Source: an uncultured Anaerolineaceae bacterium
GTDB lineage: Bacteria; Chloroflexota; Limnocylindria; Limnocylindrales; CSP1-4
Assembly (NCBI GenBank): GCA_964483405.1
Contig: CAZABC010000003.1
Coordinates: 19,980 to 83,979, forward strand
Length of the DNA stretch: 64,000 nucleotides
Reading direction: 5' to 3'
Each line of letters opens with the position of its first letter. Within the stretch, counting starts at the first letter, position 1. Of the stretch, positions 57,858 to 64,000 are shown one piece after another. Under the pieces are notes generated by a model that did not search any database, was not told where the DNA came from, and saw only the letters and a list, made by a program, of their open reading frames with translations. The position numbers and the translations under genes are program-made.

Positions 57858-58700
57858 TCAGCGACCCAGCGCGGCCTCGAGGGCTCGCCGGGTGTAGACC
57901 TTCGCCATCGCGGCCCGGTAGGTCGCGTCGGCGTGGATGTCGCCGTTGACGGTCCGGCCGTCGACGACGTGCTCGGCCGCGGCGGCGACCGCCTCGGGCG
58001 AGCCGTCGGTCCCGGCGAGGGCCGCCTCGACGGCCTTCGCCCGGTAGGCCGCGTCGGCGACGCCGGTCACGCCGACCCGGACGTGACCGAGCGTGTCGCC
58101 GGTCCGCGCGACGACGGCGGCGATCCCGACGATCGAGTAGCCCGAGGCGGGCTGCTCGAGGGTGCGGTAGGCGCCGCTCGCGCCGGCCGGGAGCGGCGGC
58201 CGGCGGAGCGAGACGAGGAGCTCGTCGTGCTCCATCGCCGTGTGGAAGGGGCCGAGGAAGAAGCCGTCCAGCGGGACGACCCGCTCGCCCCGGTGCGACC
58301 GGAGCACGGCCGAGTAATCGAGGGCGAGCAGGAACGCCGGGAGGTCGAGCGCCGGGTCGGCGTGGGCGACCGCCCCGCCGACGGTCCCCCGGTTGCGGGT
58401 CTGGACGTCGGCGATGCGCTCGATCGCCTGGCCCGTCCACGACAGGCGGGGCCGGGCGAGCAGGTCGCTGTAGGTCGTGAGCGCCCCGAGCTCGACGCTG
58501 CCGTCGGGCAGCGTCCGCATCCCTCGGAGCTCGGCGATCCGGCCGATGTCGACCAGTCGATCGACGTGGGCCAGCCGCATCTTCAGCAGCGGCAGGAGGC
58601 TCTGGCCGCCGGCGATCGCCCGGGCCCCCGGGGCGGCGAGGTAGCCGAGCGCCTCGTCGACGGTGTCGGGTCGGACGTAGTCGAACGCGGCCGGGATCAT
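57858..58700 (-). CDS. coxM: Molybdenum-hydroxylase FAD-binding medium subunit (CoxM-like)
   Basis: FAD_binding_5 motifs (AIAGGQSLLP, GTVGGAVAHADP) and CO_deh_flav_C. Internal Met at 58700 overlaps the coxL stop (ATGA). Confidence 0.85.
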   Translation of the reverse strand: MIPAAFDYVRPDTVDEALGYLAAPGARAIAGGQSLLPLLKMRLAHVDRLVDIGRIAELRGMRTLPDGSVELGALTTYSDLLARPRLSWTGQAIERIADVQTRNRGTVGGAVAHADPALDLPAFLLALDYSAVLRSHRGERVVPLDGFFLGPFHTAMEHDELLVSLRRPPLPAGASGAYRTLEQPASGYSIVGIAAVVARTGDTLGHVRVGVTGVADAAYRAKAVEAALAGTDGSPEAVAAAAEHVVDGRTVNGDIHADATYRAAMAKVYTRRALEAALGR

Positions 58701-61099
58701 GCCGGGCCTCCCTTCGCGGCCTGGATGGCTCGCCAGACGGTCTGGTCGGTGTAGGGCATGTCGAGGTGGCGGATGCCGAGCGGGCTGAGCGCGTCGACGA
58801 CCGCGTTCGCGACGGCCGCGGTGCTCGCGATCGTGCCGGCCTCGCCGACGCCCTTCACCCCGAGCGGGTTGACGGGCGACGGCGTCACCGTCTCGTCGAG
58901 CTCGAAGTGCGGCAGGCGCGACGCCCTCGGCAGCGCGTAGTCGAGCAGCGAGCCCGACAGGAGCTGCCCGTCGTCGCTGTAGATGGCACCCTCCCAGAGC
59001 GCCTGGCCGATCCCCTGGGCGATGCCGCCGTGGAGCTGGCCGTCGACGATCATCGGGTTGATCTTCTTGCCGACGTCGTCGACCGCGACGTAGCGGACCA
59101 GGTCGACGTGCCCGGTCTCCTCGTCGATCTCGACGACGGCGATGTGCGTCCCGAACGGGAACGTGCAGTTGGGCGTGTCGTGGTAGGCCGTCTCGTCGAG
59201 GTACGGCTCCATCCCCTCGGGCGTGTCGAAGGCGAGGTCGAGGGCGAAGGCGATCTCCTGGATCGTCTTCTTCTTGTCGGGGCTGCCCTTGACCCGGTAC
59301 TCGGCGCCATCGACCTCGATGTCGTCGGGCGACGCCTCGAGCATGTGGGCGGCGTAGCGGCGGGCCTTCTCCCGGATCTTCGCCGCGGCCTTGAGGGCCG
59401 CACCGGTCCCGACGTTCGAGGTCCGGCTGCCGTAGGAGCCGTAGCCGAACGGCGTGCCCTGCGTGTCGGAGTGCTGGACGACGACGTCGTCCATCGGGAT
59501 GCCGAGCTCGTGGGCGACGATCTGGCTGTAGGTCGTCTCGTGGCCCTGGCCCTGCGGCTGCGTCCCGACGGTGACGACGACCTTGCCGGTCAGGTGGACC
59601 TTGATGTTGCAGGACTCCCACATCGCCGCGCCCCAGCCCTCGCCGACCGCGCCGATCCACTTCGATGGCGCGACGCCGCAGACCTCGATGTAGGTCGACA
59701 GCCCGACGCCGAGGAGCTTGCCGCGGGCGGCGGCCTCGGTCTTCGCATCGGCGACGTCGGCGTAGCCGACGATCGCCAGCGCCTTGTCGAGGGCCGGCTC
59801 GTAGTTCCCCGAGTCGATGTACAGCTTGGCGCCGTTGACGGCGGTCAGGAGGCCCGACGGGTTGTCGTACGGGAAGGCGTCGGGCGGCAGGAAGTTCCGC
59901 CGCCGGATCTCGGCCGGGTCGATCCCGAGCTCGTCGGCGACGAGGTCCATCGCCCGCTCGACGACGTACGTCGCCTCGGGCCGGCCGGCGCCGCGGTAGG
60001 CGTCGACGAACGTCGTGTTCGTATAGACGCCGGTCACCTCGCAGAAGACGTGCGGGATGCTGTAGGGCCCGGAGAGGATCCGGCCGTAGAGGGTCGTCGG
60101 GATGCCGGGGCCGATCGTCGAGAGCCGGCCGCCGAGGTTGGCGTAGGTCTTGACCCGCAGGCCAGTGACGACGCCCTCGCGCGTCGCGGCCGCCTCGAGG
60201 TAGGTGATGTGGTCGCGGCCGTGGATCGTGCTCTGGTAGTTCTCGCGGCGGCTCTCGACCCACTTGACCGGCCGCCCGCCGATCGCCTTGGAGGCGAACA
60301 GGACGAGGGCCATGTCGGCGTAGCAGAAGATCTTCGAGCCGAAGGCGCCCCCGACGTCGGGGCTGATGCAGCGGATCTTGTGCTCCGGCACGCCCATGAC
60401 GAACGCGGCGAGCAGGAGCCGCTGGATGTGCGGCGTCTGGCTCGACATCCAGATCGTGTACTCGTCGGTCCCCGGGTCGTAGCGACCGATGTCGCCGCGG
60501 GTCTCCATCGGGTTGGGGATGAGCCGCTGGTTGACGAGCCGCTGGCGGACGACCACCTCGGCCCCGTCGATCGCCGCGTCGGTGCCGTCGCGGTCACCGA
60601 CCGTCCAGGTGAAGACGACGTTGTTCGGGGCGTTCTCGTGGAGCTGCGGCGCGCCGGGCTGGGTCGCCTTCTCGGCGTCGACGACCGCGGGCAGCGCCTC
60701 CCAGTCGACGTGGATCGCCGCGACCGCGTCGGCGGCCTGCTCGGGGGTCTCGGCGACGACCGCGGCGACGCCCTCGCCGGTCCATTTCACGCTGTCCGTC
60801 GCGAGGGCCCTCGGCGTGTTGACGTTGTTCTGGAGGCCCGAGGCGCCGCCCGCCGGCCAGGCCATCGGCAGGGGGTTGTACGGGATGTCGGATCCGGTGA
60901 AGACGGCGAGCACGCCCGGCATCGCCCTGGCCGCCGAGGTGTCGATGGCGCGGATGTTCGCGTGCGCGTAGGGACTGCGCAGGACGGCCATGAAGGTCAT
61001 CCCGGGCAGCGAGATGTCATCGAGGTAGCGGCCCTCGCCGGTGATGAAGCGTCGATCCTCGACGCGCTTGACGGGGGCCCCGAGGACGTCGGTGGTCAT
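58697..61099 (-). CDS. coxL: Molybdenum-hydroxylase large (MCD-binding) subunit, form II CoxL-like (AYRGAGR active-site loop)
   Basis: 800 aa with Ald_Xan_dh_C/C2 domains. The active-site loop reads [12 protein letters not shown], which is form II rather than the form I VAYRCSFR. Confidence 0.9.
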   Translation of the reverse strand: MTTDVLGAPVKRVEDRRFITGEGRYLDDISLPGMTFMAVLRSPYAHANIRAIDTSAARAMPGVLAVFTGSDIPYNPLPMAWPAGGASGLQNNVNTPRALATDSVKWTGEGVAAVVAETPEQAADAVAAIHVDWEALPAVVDAEKATQPGAPQLHENAPNNVVFTWTVGDRDGTDAAIDGAEVVVRQRLVNQRLIPNPMETRGDIGRYDPGTDEYTIWMSSQTPHIQRLLLAAFVMGVPEHKIRCISPDVGGAFGSKIFCYADMALVLFASKAIGGRPVKWVESRRENYQSTIHGRDHITYLEAAATREGVVTGLRVKTYANLGGRLSTIGPGIPTTLYGRILSGPYSIPHVFCEVTGVYTNTTFVDAYRGAGRPEATYVVERAMDLVADELGIDPAEIRRRNFLPPDAFPYDNPSGLLTAVNGAKLYIDSGNYEPALDKALAIVGYADVADAKTEAAARGKLLGVGLSTYIEVCGVAPSKWIGAVGEGWGAAMWESCNIKVHLTGKVVVTVGTQPQGQGHETTYSQIVAHELGIPMDDVVVQHSDTQGTPFGYGSYGSRTSNVGTGAALKAAAKIREKARRYAAHMLEASPDDIEVDGAEYRVKGSPDKKKTIQEIAFALDLAFDTPEGMEPYLDETAYHDTPNCTFPFGTHIAVVEIDEETGHVDLVRYVAVDDVGKKINPMIVDGQLHGGIAQGIGQALWEGAIYSDDGQLLSGSLLDYALPRASRLPHFELDETVTPSPVNPLGVKGVGEAGTIASTAAVANAVVDALSPLGIRHLDMPYTDQTVWRAIQAAKGGPA

Positions 61100-61112
61100 C
61101 TCGTTCCCTCGC

Positions 61113-61613
61113 CTACGCCGTGCCGCGAGCCAGCTCGGACTCGCGCATCGTGTCGGCGGCGGTCCGGATGGCGGCGACGATGTTCTGGTAGCCGGTGCAG
61201 CGGCAGAGGTTGCCCTCCAGGCCGTGGCGGATCTCCTCCTCGGTCGGGTCGGGGTTCTGCCCGAGCAGGTACGTCGCGGTCATGATCATGCCCGGCGTGC
61301 AGAAGCCGCACTGGAGCCCGTGCTCCTCGCGGAACGCCGCCTGGACCGGGTGGAGACCCTCGGCGGGGGTGAGGCCCTCGATCGTCGTGATCGTCGAACC
61401 GTCGGCCTGGACGGCGAGCACCGCGCAGCTCTTCATCGCCGAGCCGTCGACGTGGACGGTGCAGGCGCCACACTGGCTCGTCTCGCAGCCGACGTGGGTG
61501 CCCGTCAGCCCCAGGTCCTCCCGGAGGACCTGGACGAGGAGCCGTCTCGGTTCGACGTCCAGCTCCCTTCGCTGTCCGTTCACCACGAGCGTGATGTGCT
61601 CGACCACGGGCAT
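61113..61613 (-). CDS. coxS: Molybdenum-hydroxylase small [2Fe-2S] subunit (CoxS-like)
   Basis: Two ferredoxin-type Cys clusters ([11 protein letters not shown]; CGFCTPG...CRCTGY). Internal Met at 61613. Confidence 0.9.
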   Translation of the reverse strand: MPVVEHITLVVNGQRRELDVEPRRLLVQVLREDLGLTGTHVGCETSQCGACTVHVDGSAMKSCAVLAVQADGSTITTIEGLTPAEGLHPVQAAFREEHGLQCGFCTPGMIMTATYLLGQNPDPTEEEIRHGLEGNLCRCTGYQNIVAAIRTAADTMRESELARGTA

Positions 61614-62281
61614 GACCTCCTGGCGCGGGAACGCCTCTCGCAGGATGGGTGGGGACGGTCCGTGGGTGCGGCGGGTCGACCTCCGGTGGGCGACTGGGAC
61701 GATGTGGCGGCCGGGGGCCGCAGGGATGGGCCGGATGATGGCCCGTCGGCGGGCTCGATGCAACCCGGTTCCGCTGGCCATCGCCGGCCGGCTTGCCCGC
61801 CGGCCGCGGACCCTCCGACCGGTCCCGGCCGCTCGACGGGCGAGAGCCGGAAGAACACGCCGACCGCCTCGACGTGGCGACCGGCGACCCGGTAGACGAT
61901 GTTGCCCGGGAACGGGTGCTGGACGAAGGTCGCCCGGACGACCGCGCTCCGCTCCACGCCCGGGACGAGCGGCTCGACCGCCACCTCGACGTCGGGCAGG
62001 CCTCGGCGCCGGACGATCGCCCTGCCGGCGGCCGCGAGGTTCCGCGTCCACTGTGCCGGACCGTTCGGGTGGCCGACGTACCAGTGACCGCCGACCTCGA
62101 GCAGTCCGACGAGCACCGGTCGCGGCCGACCGCTCCGGCGACCGACGACGACGAGGTCGATCGTGTCGGCCAGCGGCGCCCGGCGCAGCCACCACCGGAC
62201 GAGCGGGTCGGCGACGCGGATCAGCCGGTACTGGACCCGGAACCAGGTCGCCCACGCGCCGGTCGGGCGAGCCACGCTCAC
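61580..62281 (-). CDS. Deazaflavin (F420)-dependent nitroreductase-family (Ddn/DUF385-like) protein with about 80-aa low-complexity C-terminal read-through
   Basis: Core [52 protein letters not shown] matches the Ddn-family split-barrel motif. GTG start overlaps the upstream stop (GTGA). No stop codon occurs until 61580, 34 nt inside coxS. Confidence 0.5.
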   Translation of the reverse strand: MSVARPTGAWATWFRVQYRLIRVADPLVRWWLRRAPLADTIDLVVVGRRSGRPRPVLVGLLEVGGHWYVGHPNGPAQWTRNLAAAGRAIVRRRGLPDVEVAVEPLVPGVERSAVVRATFVQHPFPGNIVYRVAGRHVEAVGVFFRLSPVERPGPVGGSAAGGQAGRRWPAEPGCIEPADGPSSGPSLRPPAATSSQSPTGGRPAAPTDRPHPSCERRSRARRSCPWSSTSRSW

Positions 62282-63189
62282 GGCTGGCGCCGCCGAGCCT
62301 GCCGATCGCCGCGCCCCGGGACCGGCAGGTTCCGGCCGAAGGCCGCCGACTTCATCCCGACCGCTCGCGGGTCGAGGGTCGCCGCGAGGTGGGCCGGCGA
62401 GTCGTCGGCGGCGATGGCGGCCGCGGTCCCGAGCAGCTCGACCCGGGCCACGGCGGCGGTCCACGCAAGCCCCGCCAGGCTCCCGGTCGTGGCCAGGCCG
62501 ACCCGCTCGAGGCCGCGTCCCGCGGTCGAGGCGGCGTAGTGGGCCGCCCAGACGACCACCTCCTTGGTGACCGCGCCCGATGGCGCCGGCGGGACGACCC
62601 CGCAGACCACGCCGCGCTCTCGCGGCAGGGCCGCCACCAGCCGCCAGGCGTCCGGCCCGGCGACCAGGTCGACGAGGAGGCTGGCATACGGGAGGGCGGC
62701 GAACGCGTCGACGCCGATCGGGGCGGCATCGACGCCGGGCAGGGCCAGCATCAGGTGCGGACGCTCGGTGGCGGCGGCGATGGCCGCGGCGAGCCGTCGG
62801 TGCGCCTCGAGGACCCGGGTCCGACCCGGTCCGTCGACTGCGACCGCGGCGGCACCGGGGTCGTCGACCCGGATCATCGGGCAGCCGGCCCGGGCCAGCT
62901 CGCCGAGCTCGGTCACCGTGCGGTCGACGGCGAGCTCGACCGACGCGGCGTCGGATGGATCGACGCCCGGCCCGGAGAACGGACCGTCGACGACCCCGAG
63001 GACGACCCGGTCGGTCGCCGCCGCCGTCCGCCGCCAGCGCTCCGCCGGGGTGCGGCCGGCGAGGGCCCCCGCGTCGTGGACGGGCTCGAGCCCGGCGCGT
63101 GTCTGCAGCTCGAGGACGGCAGCGAGCGCTGCATCGGCATCGAGCGCGTCGGGTGGCGGCGGGAGCGATCCGGCGAGCATCGCGAACAT
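62278..63189 (-). CDS. Hypothetical protein, possibly MetE-C-terminal/UROD-like (cobalamin-independent methionine-synthase-II-like) fold
   Basis: 303-aa ORF of reasonable composition with weak resemblance only. The last roughly 30 aa look like read-through. Confidence 0.35.
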   Translation of the reverse strand: MFAMLAGSLPPPPDALDADAALAAVLELQTRAGLEPVHDAGALAGRTPAERWRRTAAATDRVVLGVVDGPFSGPGVDPSDAASVELAVDRTVTELGELARAGCPMIRVDDPGAAAVAVDGPGRTRVLEAHRRLAAAIAAATERPHLMLALPGVDAAPIGVDAFAALPYASLLVDLVAGPDAWRLVAALPRERGVVCGVVPPAPSGAVTKEVVVWAAHYAASTAGRGLERVGLATTGSLAGLAWTAAVARVELLGTAAAIAADDSPAHLAATLDPRAVGMKSAAFGRNLPVPGRGDRQARRRQP

Positions 63190-63452
63190 CGGCCCAAGCG
63201 TAGCGGCCCATCGCGCGGCCGCGTCGGTCGCTCGGGGCGCGCGCCGGCCGCGTCCCGCCCCGCGGGGAAGGCGGCGACCCCGGCCTCGCCCCCTGGACCA
63301 TCCGGACGGCTCCCGCCTGCGAACAGGGGGCGATGGACACGCTCGCCCTCGGGCTCGGCAACGGCATCCCGACGCTCCCGCTCCCCGCCCACCGCTATCA
63401 TCGACTCGTCGGCACGCCCATCCCGGGTCGCCGACCGACCGAGGAGGGGCGG

Positions 63453-64000
63453 GTGACCGAGGGCCCGATGGATCCGCAGGTGGCGCGACGCCAGGAAGAG
63501 GCGGCCCTGCTGGTGCGGATCCGCGAGCGCGACGAGCGTGCGGTCGAGGAGCTGTACGCGCGCTACAGCGGACCGCTCTACTCGCTCGCCTACCAGGTCA
63601 CCCGCTCGGAGCGCTTCGCCCAGGACGTCGTCCAGGAGGTCTTCATCGCCGTCTGGAAGGACGCCGGCCGGTTCGACGCGTCGCGCGGCGCGCTCGGCCC
63701 GTGGCTCTTCTCGCTCGCCCGCCACAAGGCGATCGACCTCGTCCGCCGCGAGGCGAACGTCCGCAAGCGGACGGCCGACGTCGACCTCGACTTCGAGGAG
63801 AGCGCCGATGACGTCGACCAGGAGGTCTGGCTCCGGCATCGCCGGGAGACGGTATGGGCGGCGATCGCCGAGCTCCCCGACGCCCAGCGCGAGGCCCTCG
63901 AGCTCGCCTTCTTCGCCGGCCTGACCCATGTCGAGGTGGCCGAGCGCCTCGGCATCCCGCTCGGAACGGCCAAGACCCGGATCCGGACCGCGCTCCTGCG
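63453..64000 (+). CDS. ECF-type sigma-70-family sigma factor, partial (3' end beyond window)
   Basis: My own translation from GTG 63453 (alternative ATG at 63468): ...ERDERAVEELYARYSGPLYSLAYQVTRSERFAQDVVQEVFIAVWKDAGRFD...LPDAQREALELAFFAGLTHVEVAERLGIPLGTAKTRIRTAL. Region 2 and region 4 are both clear. GGAGG lies upstream. Confidence 0.75.
   Translation, partial: MTEGPMDPQVARRQEEAALLVRIRERDERAVEELYARYSGPLYSLAYQVTRSERFAQDVVQEVFIAVWKDAGRFDASRGALGPWLFSLARHKAIDLVRREANVRKRTADVDLDFEESADDVDQEVWLRHRRETVWAAIAELPDAQREALELAFFAGLTHVEVAERLGIPLGTAKTRIRTALL

Overview
This is a 64 kb window of very GC-rich (about 70%+) chromosome, densely coding and of Actinomycetota type. I support about 65 protein genes and one tRNA. 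I found no CRISPR array, rRNA, transposase or integrase. Because of the GC content, most long ORFs in the six-frame track are antisense artefacts. Real genes were picked by amino-acid composition, recognisable family motifs, and the recurring 4-nt start/stop overlaps (ATGA/GTGA) between neighbours. Several true starts are GTG or TTG codons inside longer track ORFs.

Gene content, from left to right:
- MoxR–DUF58–transglutaminase-like (TgpA-like) triad, minus strand, with the TgpA-like gene running off the window start.
- ECF sigma factor translationally coupled to a membrane β-propeller protein (putative anti-sigma).
- Glycogen-debranching enzyme.
- Cell-elongation cluster fhaA–fhaB–rodA–pbpA, with no pstP/pknAB.
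- Two-zinc-ribbon protein carrying a 9-bp tandem repeat; YihY/BrkB; HTH protein; FmdB; another zinc-ribbon hypothetical.
- valS; flavodoxin-like; clpX–clpP–tig; tRNA-Leu(UAG).
- DUF3618-like plus holin-X-like membrane pair; cinA; apbC/mrp.
- potADBC plus a class-III aminotransferase.
- IMPase-family, SAM-methyltransferase, class-II aldolase, DUF4242, a degenerate P-loop protein coupled to a CPT-like kinase, DM13, NTF2-like secreted protein, GNAT, fasciclin.
- Promoter, 28-codon ORF and terminator leader ahead of an ABC-2 exporter; two paralogous double-GNAT genes flanking rsgA; MBL hydrolase; arylamine N-acetyltransferase.
- Form-II (AYRGAGR) CoxSLM molybdenum-hydroxylase cluster with accessory genes coxD/E, xdhC, a MocA–methyltransferase fusion and coxG. 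The cluster is interrupted by an AT-rich, apparently leaderless vapBC toxin–antitoxin insertion.
- Ddn-like F420-type reductase with no stop codon before it runs into coxS.
- A second ECF sigma factor running off the right edge.
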